NCBI GenBank assembly: GCA_038883855.1
Contig: JAVZLH010000001.1
Span: 128,001 to 192,000, forward strand
Direction of reading: 5' to 3'
Length of the DNA stretch: 64,000 bases
Source: Candidatus Bathyarchaeia archaeon
Lineage (GTDB): Archaea; Thermoproteota; Bathyarchaeia; Bathyarchaeales; Bathycorpusculaceae
Under the pieces are notes generated by a model that saw only the letters and a program-made list of their open reading frames with translations, did no database searches and was not told the origin of the DNA. Position 1 is the first letter of the stretch. Each line of letters begins with the position of its first letter. The position numbers were made by a program, and so were the translations under genes. Positions 36,889 through 46,929 of this stretch are shown here, one piece after another.

Positions 36889-37680
36889 TCACCATCCTAA
36901 TTTTTTGCGGATTTCGTTAGCCTTTTCCCTACCTATCATAACAGCCTCAAGCACTTGTTTCTGTGTGAAGTATCCGCTTCCGCCTTTCTGCACGGCGCAT
37001 ATGTTGCCGTCATCGTCAAAGGCTATGCTGAGCCTTGCATCCATCACTTGCTCCTCATCCAGCCACGGATCTACAACGAGCTCTTCATTTATTTTGGCAA
37101 AGGTAATCGTCACCGGATGTCTTCTGATTGGAATTTGAGTGTAACCCGGTTTTATTTTAATTTCATCTTTTTCAACTTCATATTTTGGCATTTTTGTATT
37201 CAGTAAAGCTGCCATGGCTGCAAGGGCTGATGCATCTATTAGATTTCCGTCGTGGTTCAACACATAGACATCCACGAAGATTACAAAGACTTTCTTTCCG
37301 GGCTCAATGCATAACTTCCCAACATCAATGGCCTTTGATTCCCTGATTCCACGGTCAACAATTCTGGCAAGTTCTATAGAGTTTTCGTCTGGGGGTCCAG
37401 GTTCAAAAGTTGGAGAAGCCAATGGTACTAGTTCTGCGTTGACTGTCAGGACACCTTCGTCTGGTGTGTCTGAGAATGGTTCGCCAATTTCGATTTTTGT
37501 TCCAACCATGACTTCTGTTTTTCCAAGGCAGACCCTTGCTGAACCTTCTGCACGCTCGATTATCCCTTGTTCAACTTTTATTTCGCGATAGTCTGTTAAG
37601 CCTCTCCCGTCTAAGCGTTTTCCTTTTGCAATTAACTGGGCTATCTGCCTCTGTTTCACGCGGGTAATCACTGTTGACAT
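36889..37680 (-). CDS. rrp42: Exosome subunit Rrp42
   Basis: RLDGR...DYR, AEGSA, FEPGPPDENSIELAR.VDRGIRES, DGNLIDA. Confidence 0.97.
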   Translation of the reverse strand: MSTVITRVKQRQIAQLIAKGKRLDGRGLTDYREIKVEQGIIERAEGSARVCLGKTEVMVGTKIEIGEPFSDTPDEGVLTVNAELVPLASPTFEPGPPDENSIELARIVDRGIRESKAIDVGKLCIEPGKKVFVIFVDVYVLNHDGNLIDASALAAMAALLNTKMPKYEVEKDEIKIKPGYTQIPIRRHPVTITFAKINEELVVDPWLDEEQVMDARLSIAFDDDGNICAVQKGGSGYFTQKQVLEAVMIGREKANEIRKKLGW

Positions 37681-38414
37681 TACTCTTCAACCTCCTTAAC
37701 TGATACGTACTTAGCCCTTAAGGCTTCCTTCTGCATAATGTAGATTTTTTTGCATCCTTCGATGGCTAGATTTACAGCTTTTTCAAACTCTTCTGGCGTC
37801 AGTATTCCATCCATCTGTAATAGTGTTATAACGTTTAGGTTTGGCATTAAAGCCACAGGCACATCCGCCGTTCCAATTTTATCCTCTTCATCCATCAGAT
37901 CCAACACTATTGTGTCATCAACTTTTCCAGCTGCGCATGCCACAACTAAATCTCGCATTGGAACACCTGCGTCGGCCAGTGCTAAGGATGCGGCGGTTAT
38001 GCTTGCGCACCTTGTTCCTCCGTCAGCTTGCAGAACCTCTATGAAAACATCTATTGCCGTGCGCGGGTAATATTCCAAGAAAATTGATGGTTCGATAGCT
38101 TCTCTGATAACCTTTGAAAGCTCTATTTCTCTCCTCGAGGGTGCTGGCGATTTGCGTTCTTGAACGGAGAATGGCGCCATGTGATAGCGACATCTTAGAA
38201 CTGTCCTATCTGGAAGCGCCATGTGTTTAGGGTGTAGCTCCCTTGGACCGTATACTGCGGCTAAAATCTTGTTTTTTCCCTGTTCAATATATGCTGAACC
38301 ATCAGCGTTTGATAAAGCGCCAACTTCAATTTTTATAGGTCTTAGCTCATCTGGTTTTCTGCCATCTAACCTTAAACCCTTTTTATCAATTAACTTTTCA
38401 ATTTTTTGGCTCAT
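37680..38414 (-). CDS. rrp41: Exosome subunit Rrp41
   Basis: [38 protein letters not shown]. Confidence 0.97.
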   Translation of the reverse strand: MSQKIEKLIDKKGLRLDGRKPDELRPIKIEVGALSNADGSAYIEQGKNKILAAVYGPRELHPKHMALPDRTVLRCRYHMAPFSVQERKSPAPSRREIELSKVIREAIEPSIFLEYYPRTAIDVFIEVLQADGGTRCASITAASLALADAGVPMRDLVVACAAGKVDDTIVLDLMDEEDKIGTADVPVALMPNLNVITLLQMDGILTPEEFEKAVNLAIEGCKKIYIMQKEALRAKYVSVKEVEE

Positions 38415-39117
38415 TTCTCATTCCCTCCCTTTTTGCTTTTTCTTCCCTTAACATTTGGACTATGCGGTCTGTTAAGCCGCTTGTATGAGATTCTTCCTCA
38501 ATCTTGCGAATTGCCATAATCGCTAACTGTTCATCTTCAAGATTCTTTCCAGTAACCAATATAATTCCATTAAGTCCCAAAATTATTTGGCATCCGGTCT
38601 CCTGTTTTATCATGGATATCATGGAGCCCTTTCTGCCTATAACTCTGGGAATCTTTGTCGGAGTTACCTTGACTATTTCTCCGCGGGTTATTTTCCCCAG
38701 TCCAGGCTCTCCAACAGTCAATTGAGGGTCGTGTGTCCTGTCATAGGCAACTATTTTCGCCACTATCAAATCTCCCACATCAAGAACCTGCGACAACTCA
38801 TCCTTTTGCGGTCTGAAGGGTCTTCCTAAAACATCTGAAGCCCTTAAAAGGGCTGAATACGGCGAATTTATGTCCACAACCCAACCGTTAAAGCCTACTT
38901 CCACAACTGTTCCTATAACAGTGTCTCCGACTCTTGGGATGTAAAAAGCCCTTAAGGCAACCACGTTGACTTTTTTGTCTTCATAATCAACTAGCCCAAT
39001 CCGTGAGGCATATATCTTGTTGTCTTCCTTGTAAGTGTTCTCTCCCGCTATGTAATCGCCTTCGGCAATTAAATCTCCAGGGGTTACAAGCTGTCTTCTT
39101 TCAAAAAATGTCGGCAA
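38398..39117 (-). CDS. rrp4: Exosome RNA-binding subunit Rrp4
   Basis: VTPGD, YIP.VGD.VIG, S1 domain, KH domain [14 protein letters not shown]. Confidence 0.96.
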   Translation of the reverse strand: MPTFFERRQLVTPGDLIAEGDYIAGENTYKEDNKIYASRIGLVDYEDKKVNVVALRAFYIPRVGDTVIGTVVEVGFNGWVVDINSPYSALLRASDVLGRPFRPQKDELSQVLDVGDLIVAKIVAYDRTHDPQLTVGEPGLGKITRGEIVKVTPTKIPRVIGRKGSMISMIKQETGCQIILGLNGIILVTGKNLEDEQLAIMAIRKIEEESHTSGLTDRIVQMLREEKAKREGMRNEPKN

Positions 39118-39141
39118 ATTTATCACACACCATAACAATTA

Positions 39142-39831
39142 TTATGCGATTATCTTTGCTTCACCGCTTCCTTTGGTTACTTCCCCAAGTTTTTCAAGGA
39201 ATGGTCCATATAAACCTGCGGGCATTTCAAGAACTCCATACCATGAACCGTCCGCACGCCACTCTTCCCGTTTAATTGTCCCAAAAGCCTTTATTGTGCC
39301 GTAGGCTCTCGCTGAATACTCGGCTGGTATACGAACTCCTACAGATACTTGTTCTATTTTTAAGGGCAGAATTGAACGTAACAGTTTGATTATTTCTCTT
39401 GCCTGCTCCTCCACTGGCTTAAATGGGTCTATTGGATAGTGTATCTGTTCCATGGCATTTTCTATTCTCAGCGGCGGATGTGGAAGGTTTGTTTTGGGAT
39501 CAACCGCCTGCCGCGATATGAAGTCTATTATCTGTTTTCTTTTATCCTCAATCATTTTTCTTCGCTGCTCTGTTGTTAACTGAATTGTGCCTTTTTTGAG
39601 TATTATCTCCGCTATTTTAAGTGGGTCTGTTGTTCCAAAGGCTTTTTGCAAGTTTCCTTCCGCGACTTTTGTGCCTTTGTTTGCGTCTGAAAAAATTGTT
39701 TCGGTTACCAAAACTTCCGTTATTGATGAAATTTTTCCCATGCGGTAGTCTAGTGCCTTTTGAGGCTTTACGAGAACTTCGAAATGCTCATTATCCTTTA
39801 TCATGCGTGCAACTGTGTATTTTTCACTCAT
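39142..39831 (-). CDS. Ribosome maturation factor SBDS/SDO1
   Basis: HFEVLV, IFSDA.KG, FGTTD, QLTTEQRR, PHPP.RIE.AM. Confidence 0.96.
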   Translation of the reverse strand: MSEKYTVARMIKDNEHFEVLVKPQKALDYRMGKISSITEVLVTETIFSDANKGTKVAEGNLQKAFGTTDPLKIAEIILKKGTIQLTTEQRRKMIEDKRKQIIDFISRQAVDPKTNLPHPPLRIENAMEQIHYPIDPFKPVEEQAREIIKLLRSILPLKIEQVSVGVRIPAEYSARAYGTIKAFGTIKREEWRADGSWYGVLEMPAGLYGPFLEKLGEVTKGSGEAKIIA

Positions 39832-39838
39832 CAGCCTT

Positions 39839-40567
39839 TCACTTGCCAGAACCTAACGCTTTTACATAGCCCTCAATTTTTTCATCGCTTAACATTTCCA
39901 TTTTCTTTGTTGCTGATGGGATGACTGCAATCTTTATTCTGATGGGCAGTTGCCTTGCCTCTAAAGCCTTTATCAAGCATTTTACAGCAAGTTTTATGGC
40001 TTCTTCAAGTTTCATGTCTTCGCGGTACTCGTCCTTCAAAACTGAGAGTACGGTTTCTCTTCCAGCGCCCACGGCTGTTGCTTTATACCCTCTATAAGTT
40101 CCGCTTGGGTGAGTGTAAAAAACCCTGTTTCCAGTCTTGTCAACTCCGCCAAAAATTATTGAAACTCCGAAGGGTCTCACGCCCGCATGCTGAGTGTAAA
40201 GCTGTTTGATATCGCATGTTCTTTTTGTTACAACTTCCACGTCTATTGGTTCGTCATATGTTAATCTGTTGCTTTGAGCGTAAATCCGCGCTTGGTCTAT
40301 CAAAATTCTTGCGTCGGAGCTTAAACCAACTATCGCCGCTCCAATATGCTCGTCAATCTTGAAAATTTTCCAGGAGTATTCTGCCTCCTCTAGAGGCTCA
40401 ATATTTTCCTCAGCTCCCAAAACAACTCCTTCAGAGCAACGCATCCCCAAGATTGTTGCTCCACGGTTAACAAGCTCCATTGCGTATTCTACTTGGAAGA
40501 GTCGCCCATCTGGCGAGAAAACGGTTATAGCTCGGTCATATGCTCCTGGCGCTGCAAATACAGACAT
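39839..40567 (-). CDS. psmA: Proteasome alpha subunit
   Basis: YDRAITVFSPDGRLFQVEYA, GVRPFGVS. Confidence 0.97.
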   Translation of the reverse strand: MSVFAAPGAYDRAITVFSPDGRLFQVEYAMELVNRGATILGMRCSEGVVLGAEENIEPLEEAEYSWKIFKIDEHIGAAIVGLSSDARILIDQARIYAQSNRLTYDEPIDVEVVTKRTCDIKQLYTQHAGVRPFGVSIIFGGVDKTGNRVFYTHPSGTYRGYKATAVGAGRETVLSVLKDEYREDMKLEEAIKLAVKCLIKALEARQLPIRIKIAVIPSATKKMEMLSDEKIEGYVKALGSGK

Positions 40568-40618
40568 TAACTACCAACCTCCACTATGCCTTATCCACTT
40601 GCAGACTTTCATATGACA

Positions 40619-40662
40619 ACTAAACTAAAAACCTTTTCCTTAAATCTCACTTTTAGTTTAGT
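40619..40662. promoter_or_regulatory. 12-bp perfect inverted repeat overlapping the psmA-operon BRE/TATA
   Basis: ACTAAACTAAAA (40619-40630), 20-nt spacer, TTTTAGTTTAGT (40651-40662); the - strand reads GAAAAGG-TTTTTAG. Confidence 0.45.
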
Positions 40663-40798
40663 CTTCTACTTTCGTTTTCGGAAGATTTTGTCTTCGTTGT
40701 TGTATTCACCATTGACATCTTCAAAGCTCCAAAGCTATGTCGATGCGTCCACAAGAGCTAAAAGGATAATAGTAGATGATTTACGAAGAGGAAATTTG

Positions 40799-41493
40799 AT
40801 GAAGTATGAAATAAAATACAAGCCGTCTTATTCTATGCTTGTGGTAAACCTGGAGCCAAACGAGAGTTTAGTTGCTGAGTCGGGTGCAATGACATACATG
40901 GACCCGAATATTGAAGTTCACACGAGAAAAAGGGAAACAAGTCTCTTAGGCACCTTAGGTCTAGCGATTTTTGGACGCCAATCCTTTTGGGTAAACGAAT
41001 ACACTGCGAGAAACGGCGCTGGAGAAGTTGCATTCGTTTCTGCACCAATAGGTGACATTGAAAAACTGGAAATCAAGCCAAATCACGGCTATGTCATACA
41101 GAAAGCCGCTTACGTAGCCTCCACAGATAACGTGGATTTAGACGTTAAATGGGAAGGTTTCACAAGAGGCTTGTTCGGACAAGGCTTGTTCATGATAAAG
41201 GTCACAGGCGACGGAATGCTGTTCATAAACACTTTGGAGCCATAGACAAACACATCTTACAGCCTGGTCAATCAATAATTGTTGACAACTTTCACCTGGT
41301 GGCTTTCAGTAGCACATACAACTACAAAGTCACAAAATTCGGCGGATTAAAAGAAACAATTCTCGGCGGAGAAGGCTTGGTGGTGAATATCGAGGGTCCG
41401 GGGGAAGTTTACATTCAGACGAAAAATCTGGGAGAGTTTGTCGAGTGGCTTTGGACTTTGATTGAGCCTCGAGTGAGAGCGAGGGCACGCTAA
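40799..41493 (+). pseudogene. TIGR00266/AIM24-family gene with a single frameshift
   Basis: MKYEI...AESGAM...F.N.Y..GQGLF then FGAI...VDNFHLVAF...GGEGLV...GPG.VYIQT; one T missing at about 41233 (ACTTTGGAG). Confidence 0.82.
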
Positions 41494-41512
41494 AATAAGG
41501 TATGCATGAAGG

Positions 41513-41928
41513 TTGAATCTGAATAGAGAATTCATAAATGCCATATTTGCTGAGATTAGAAAATTTCGCTTGTGCAGTCCAAGACGGATGATTTTCTGGC
41601 TGAACTCGAAGCATATGATATTGAAGAGCGCTATCCAAGAAGCTTTGAATTATACGAGGAATACAGCCATAGACCTATCGCGGATACGATTAGAGTAAGC
41701 AGAGAAAACTTTGGAAAAGCCACATCTACTGCCAAAAGACAATTACTTGATGAGGTTGAAAGATAGGTCAAAAGCTTTTGTAGTTGGTTGGAAGAAACCA
41801 AAAATCTTGGCGCTACGATAGCTTATTACATTGCAGTTAGTCTCAAAGGCTTGCTTTTCGGAATTCCAGCAGGCGTGCAAATAGCACAGTTGTTTTGCGC
41901 CATACTGGATAAACAAGTTAAAGAGTAA
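41513..41928 (+). pseudogene. Disrupted hypothetical gene (one frameshift plus an in-frame TAG)
   Basis: LNLNREFINAIFAEIRKF / QSKTDDFL...LLDEVER*VKSFCSWLEETKNL...LLFGIPAGVQIAQLF...KE*; the frame stays open about 54 codons past TAG 41764-66. Confidence 0.6.
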
Positions 41929-42135
41929 CACATGCCAATTTCTGTTAGGAAAAGTTTTGTAGTGCGAAAACCGAGAAAAATGATCTTTTGGGCTTTTCTG
42001 TGATTTTGGCTTTTAATTTTATTTATGGTTTAAAGTTAGTTGGAATTATGATGGATTGTTTAGACTGGTTGTATGGAATTTTTTTGCGTAAGATATTTTA
42101 ATTATGCTATCGTAATAAATAAGATACTGTAGGGA

Positions 42136-43953
42136 GTGAAAGAAATGTCCAAAACTAGACTTCAACATCTAACCACAATAACCATCATCCTCGCTTCAAT
42201 CATGCTCGGGTTCTACAAAACTCCACTTTCAAGCGCGTTTGCACCCACCGAAAACGCCAATCCAAGGATACTTTATTGGCCTGCTCCCCAAATATGGCAA
42301 ACAGAAGATGGGCATACGGTGTGGAGTTCCGGAGGCATCGACGCAACAAGCATCTCATGGTCTCCTTCTGGAAAACTGCTATTGATAGCTGGTGACCGTT
42401 TTGCAGTGATTAATACAAGCACTTTCTCGCCGATTTACGAGTTTTGGAATCAGTGGGGCTATATTGATAATTTTGTTATTTCACCAGACGACTCCAAAAT
42501 ATTCTATGTTAACACAAGTGGTGCAGTTGCTCCTTTCTCCTTAATATATTCAATGAGCTTGAATGGCTCCAATCCAACCCTTATAACCTACGTTAATAGC
42601 AGCTCCTCATGCGTCCCCACTTTCGTTGACTTGTCAAGCGATGGCACAACATTAATCTGCACAGAATTCGCAGAGAACTATTCTTCGTATCCCTACACCC
42701 ATTTAAGTCGCATCTGGAAAGTCAACCTAGAAACAAACGAGAGATCACTGTTTCTGGAGCTTGAGGGACCAGACAACCAGATTTTCAGCGTTAGATTTTC
42801 GCCATCAAACGACAAAATAGCCTTCACGACATATGATGGCGTTTGGACCATTAACTCTGACGGAACCAACCTAACTAAGATAGCTGATATTTCAGAAAAT
42901 AGCGTTGCAATGTATCTAAATTGGGTGTCGAATGGAACAATGCTAACATATACGGAAGTTAATTACACAGAAAGGTATACTTATAATCCGTATATAAACG
43001 ACCAAAGCTGGGTTAACAGTAGCGTAATAGCAGTAAATGTTGATGGAAGCAACAAGCGCACGATTTTTTGTGGAGCCAAATGTTGGACATGGTCACCTCT
43101 CAACGACTCTATAGCCGCCTTTATTAAACCGCTGAGCAGGGACGTTCCATACCTTATAGACTTAAGCCTTCCAATATCCTCCAACCCAGACAGCGACGGA
43201 GACGGCATACCTGACCGTGAAGAAATCTTCTGTGGATACTTTAACCCGCTGGACCCTACAGACCTCTACAAAGACTATGATAATGATGGCTTGTCCAACT
43301 TGGAAGAGTACGAGTTTAACATAAACCGGACTGGTTCTGGAGCCTATCCATTGTATCCTCTGGGTCCAGATTGCGATAACGATGGGCTTAGCGACGGCGT
43401 TGAAATCAAAGTCTTTAAAACTGATCCGACAAGGGCTGATACTGACGGTGATGGCATAAGCGATGGTCTTGAGGCTGCAGCAACAGGATTAAATGCGTTC
43501 ATTTCTGTTTTGCCTGAAGGGTGGATTCGCATGCAGCTTCAATGGTCAAACAAGACAATGTACGTTTCAACAAACTCCTCCGTGCTTGGTGTGGTTTTCA
43601 ACTCTACGGACATGGCTTTAAGCATCTCTGTAGGCGGTCCAGACGGCACCGCGGGCATAGCCAACATAACCATACCCATAGAAATGATAAATTCTCTTTC
43701 TGCAGTTAGCGTTACATTGGACAATCAGCCCATAGACTTCCAAATAAACCAAGTCGGCAGCAACGCCCAAATCTACGTAGAATACCACCACAGTTTCCAC
43801 GAGTTAACAGCGCATCTGCAAGGCGGCGGTGGCGGTGGCATCGGCGGCGTGGACTTGACGGTTTTCATGAGTTACTGGTGGGTAATATTGTCAGTCGCTA
43901 TCGTAGCGGTTGCATCTGTGATAGCGGCAATGATTGTGAGACGTGGACGATAA
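42136..43953 (+). CDS. Secreted, membrane-anchored protein: TolB/PD40-like propeller, DxDGDG Ca-binding repeats, Gly linker, TM anchor
   Basis: Signal peptide; WSPSG, ISPDDSKI, FSPSNDKIAF; DSDGDG, DYDNDG, DCDNDG, DTDGDG; GGGGGGIGG; TM followed by RRGR. Confidence 0.85.
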   Translation: MKEMSKTRLQHLTTITIILASIMLGFYKTPLSSAFAPTENANPRILYWPAPQIWQTEDGHTVWSSGGIDATSISWSPSGKLLLIAGDRFAVINTSTFSPIYEFWNQWGYIDNFVISPDDSKIFYVNTSGAVAPFSLIYSMSLNGSNPTLITYVNSSSSCVPTFVDLSSDGTTLICTEFAENYSSYPYTHLSRIWKVNLETNERSLFLELEGPDNQIFSVRFSPSNDKIAFTTYDGVWTINSDGTNLTKIADISENSVAMYLNWVSNGTMLTYTEVNYTERYTYNPYINDQSWVNSSVIAVNVDGSNKRTIFCGAKCWTWSPLNDSIAAFIKPLSRDVPYLIDLSLPISSNPDSDGDGIPDREEIFCGYFNPLDPTDLYKDYDNDGLSNLEEYEFNINRTGSGAYPLYPLGPDCDNDGLSDGVEIKVFKTDPTRADTDGDGISDGLEAAATGLNAFISVLPEGWIRMQLQWSNKTMYVSTNSSVLGVVFNSTDMALSISVGGPDGTAGIANITIPIEMINSLSAVSVTLDNQPIDFQINQVGSNAQIYVEYHHSFHELTAHLQGGGGGGIGGVDLTVFMSYWWVILSVAIVAVASVIAAMIVRRGR

Positions 43954-44629
43954 GAGGGAAGCAAAATTGCGGAAAGCTGTAGCGTTTACGACAACCATAC
44001 TATTTTTACTCTGCATAACATTCGTTTATGCTGAGGTGCAAGTGGGCATCAAAGTTGGCGACTGGGTAAGATGTGACTACGTTTCCGGTGGCACTTTGCC
44101 AAGCGATGCGCCCCAGTGGGTTAAAGCAGAATGCTTATCAGTTACAGGAACAACTGCAACATTACGTGTAACAACCCACTTCAGCAGTGGAACGGAACAA
44201 ATTGAAATTATGACGTTGGATGTCACCAGCGGCACGGGAAACGCGACTTTTCAAGCACTTATACCAGCAAACTCGAAGACTGGAAACACCATTCAAGTTA
44301 TAGGAGGAGGTAGTGTGACGATTGCTGGCGAGAAGACCGAAACCTATGCGGGAACAAGCAGAACAGTTGTCTACGCAAGCTTAACGCGGGGGGATGTGCA
44401 GTTCAGCTATTGCTGGGATAAAGAGACAGGAGTTCTCGTGGAAATAACTTTAACCCAAGGCTCCACATCAGCCACTTATAGAGCAACTAGCACAAACATT
44501 TGGCAAGCGTCATCGTCAAACCCTTTGCCAATGCCAAGTCTACCAGTAGAAATGCTTTCCATTAGCATCTCAGTAATAGTGGCAATAGCTATAGTGGCGA
44601 CAGCGATAATCTACACTAGGCACAAATGA
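43943..44629 (+). CDS. Secreted, C-terminally anchored Thr/Ser-rich surface protein
   Basis: Signal peptide, VGIKVGDWVR.DY, WDKETGVLVE, C-terminal TM plus RHK. Confidence 0.8.
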   Translation: MDDKREAKLRKAVAFTTTILFLLCITFVYAEVQVGIKVGDWVRCDYVSGGTLPSDAPQWVKAECLSVTGTTATLRVTTHFSSGTEQIEIMTLDVTSGTGNATFQALIPANSKTGNTIQVIGGGSVTIAGEKTETYAGTSRTVVYASLTRGDVQFSYCWDKETGVLVEITLTQGSTSATYRATSTNIWQASSSNPLPMPSLPVEMLSISISVIVAIAIVATAIIYTRHK

Positions 44630-44645
44630 AGTTAACAGATTAAAA

Positions 44646-44684
44646 GGGGTTCACTGAACCCTAATTTTCGCTTTCCCACTTTTT
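44646..44684 (+). terminator. Possible terminator (hairpin plus T-rich tract)
   Basis: GGGTTCA-C-TGAACCC palindrome 17 nt after the stop, followed by ATTTT/CTTT/TTTTT, in a convergent intergenic region. Confidence 0.35.
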
Positions 44685-44778
44685 GAATTATCCGCCGTAA
44701 GAGAAGTCAAGTTATTTCGAAACGACAGAAATTTTCTCCACTTTTATGGTTTACTCTCTAAATACGGTGGTTTAGTTT

Positions 44779-45198
44779 TCAGCCTTCCCAGTCTAGAAGT
44801 CTTTTTTCTCCTTCAATTTTTTTGATGTCTGTTATGTCTTGGGTTACTTCAAGGGTTCCTAAATATTTCCCGTTTTTGTCTCTCACCGCAAAGTATCTGA
44901 TGTGTATTAGGCGATTGCCTATTTGAATCCAGAATTCTGCCACATCCTTCTCGCCTTTCTTAAATGCTTCGAGGATTCTGTTAACTACGTGGACGCTCTT
45001 CTGCGGGTGGCATAACTGCACTTTTCTTCCAATAACCGCCTTTGTTCTCACGAAAATTCTTTTTTCAGCCTTGTTAAAGTATTTGACAGTGTCATTTGCG
45101 TCCACGAACGTTATGTCTACTGGAAGAGTATCCAGTAAGGCTTCAATTTCCTCTTTTGAAAGAGTCCCGTTTTCAAACTGCAACGTTCCTTCGGGCAT
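44779..45198 (-). CDS. Stand-alone PAS domain (type found at the C-terminus of DUF438/hemerythrin proteins)
   Basis: LDTLPVDITFVD, RIF.RT..VIGR.VQ.CHP.KS, FWI, IRYFAVRD..G.YLGTLEVTQD. Confidence 0.88.
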   Translation of the reverse strand: MPEGTLQFENGTLSKEEIEALLDTLPVDITFVDANDTVKYFNKAEKRIFVRTKAVIGRKVQLCHPQKSVHVVNRILEAFKKGEKDVAEFWIQIGNRLIHIRYFAVRDKNGKYLGTLEVTQDITDIKKIEGEKRLLDWEG

Positions 45199-45211
45199 AG
45201 TTACAACTTCC

Positions 45212-46402
45212 TCATAATTTTTCTTCTTTAATCTTCTTGGCTAAAACTTTACCTAACTCAATTATCTGCGTTATATCCTTATCCGTGGGTGGACCATTTA
45301 TTTCCAACGCTCCAACAACTTCAATCTTCGTCTGCCCAAGCACTTCCTGAACATGTTTTACGGCACCTCCGCCCCAACCATAAGAGCTTAAGACTACCAC
45401 AAATTTCAGCGGCGGCTTCAAAGCCTTAACCAGATAGGTTGCGTATACGGCTAGTGGATGTGCACCGCCTAACGCTGTTGGTGCGCCCAAAACGATGGCT
45501 TTAGAATCCACTAAGTCTTTTGCTATGTCGCCAACATCGGCTGAAACAAGATTGTAAAGTGCCACTTCAATGCCTTCTGAAGCTAGGGTTTCCACCATTG
45601 GCTGTATCATCTTCTCTGTGCTGTTCCACATCGTCACATAAACTATTGTTGCCTTACTCTTTGTCTCCCCATTTGCCCACTTACGGTAGGCTGTGAGGAT
45701 GCGCTCTGGATTTCTGTGAATTGGGCCGTGGCTGGGCGCTATTAGACTGATTTTTAAGTCTTTTATTTTTTCTAGGGCTTTTTGCGCCATAACCCTGAAA
45801 GGCATCATTATTTCACCCCAGTAGCGTTGGGCGTGAACAAGCAAATCATCAACCTCATCATCATACAGTGCTTTCGCCAAATGTGACCCGAAAAAGTCGC
45901 ATGGAAACAGTATGGCGTCTTCTCTTAAATAAGTGAACATTGTTTCTGGCCAATGGAGCATTGGGGCTTCGATAAACTGGAGAGTTTTGTCTCCTAGACT
46001 TATGGTTTCTTGATCTTTAACAGCTATTATCCGTTCCTCTGGCACTTTGTAAAATGTTTGAGCCATCCGTGCGCCTTTGCTTGTAGCTACAAGCTTTGCT
46101 TTTTTATTCATAGCCATTACGTACGGTATTGCTCCAGCGTGGTCTGGCTCCGCGTGGTTCATCACCACATAATCAATTTCACCTGGGTCAACAAGCTTAC
46201 GTATTTTCTCCTCTAACTCTTTTTCAAAGCCTGGGTTAACAGTGTCAATTAACATCTTTTTGTCTTTGCCAATTATTAGGTAAGCGTTGTAGCTTGTTCC
46301 CTTCGGTAACGTTATTAATGCATCGAAAATTCTTCGGTTCCAGTCTCTGACACCTACCCAGTAAACGTTTTCAGATATTTTTTCAATGTTCCTCCAACTC
46401 AT
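45212..46402 (-). CDS. fprA: Flavodiiron protein (FprA/A-type flavoprotein)
   Basis: GTSYNAYL, NHAEPDHAG, LHWPETM, CDFFG.H, PSHGP, flavodoxin domain SYGWGGGA. Confidence 0.95.
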   Translation of the reverse strand: MSWRNIEKISENVYWVGVRDWNRRIFDALITLPKGTSYNAYLIIGKDKKMLIDTVNPGFEKELEEKIRKLVDPGEIDYVVMNHAEPDHAGAIPYVMAMNKKAKLVATSKGARMAQTFYKVPEERIIAVKDQETISLGDKTLQFIEAPMLHWPETMFTYLREDAILFPCDFFGSHLAKALYDDEVDDLLVHAQRYWGEIMMPFRVMAQKALEKIKDLKISLIAPSHGPIHRNPERILTAYRKWANGETKSKATIVYVTMWNSTEKMIQPMVETLASEGIEVALYNLVSADVGDIAKDLVDSKAIVLGAPTALGGAHPLAVYATYLVKALKPPLKFVVVLSSYGWGGGAVKHVQEVLGQTKIEVVGALEINGPPTDKDITQIIELGKVLAKKIKEEKL

Positions 46403-46485
46403 GGTTATGCCTCGATTTGATATTACTATTGTAATAAAGCATATTTATGCCTTTCTACACAATACATTCCCTCGGAGAACAAAAA

Positions 46486-46884
46486 ATGTCACTACCATGC
46501 GAAATAGCAGTAAAATGCTTGCTCCCTGCGGTCAGAGCCCTCCTAGCCAAGGAACTCACCGCCAAACACAACCTGAAACAGTCAGAAGCGGCAAAACGGC
46601 TGGGAGTAAGTCAACCAGCCATAAGCCTATACCAAAGAAAAATCCGCGGAAAAGCCATAAACCTAGAAAAGGACCCGGATATTGTTGAACAAATAGAAAA
46701 CCTAGCAAACGCCCTAGCCGAGGAAAATCTAGCCTACAAAGACTTTATCCAAACGTTCTGCGAAATCTGCAGAAAAATAAGAGCTAAAGGGCTCTTATGC
46801 AAGATGCACAAAACCATGGACCCGTCTATCGACACGGAAAAATGTGGATTATGTTTGGCCACAAGTTCAATAAAATGCGCCTAG
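46486..46884 (+). CDS. HTH transcriptional regulator with a Cys-rich C-terminus
   Basis: PCE...LPAVRA..A..L, Q.EAA..LGVSQPAISLY...RG, CEIC, CKMH, CGLC; divergent from fprA. Confidence 0.85.
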   Translation: MSLPCEIAVKCLLPAVRALLAKELTAKHNLKQSEAAKRLGVSQPAISLYQRKIRGKAINLEKDPDIVEQIENLANALAEENLAYKDFIQTFCEICRKIRAKGLLCKMHKTMDPSIDTEKCGLCLATSSIKCA

Positions 46885-46929
46885 TAACGTCTTTATTAAT
46901 GCTGAACCTTAACCATTAATATAAAGCTG

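Noticed and set aside
43180-43470. Repeated GAC/GAT-GGC units and a GGC run near 43822-43848
   Set aside because: Protein-level Ca-binding repeats and a Gly linker, not a DNA repeat or CRISPR array
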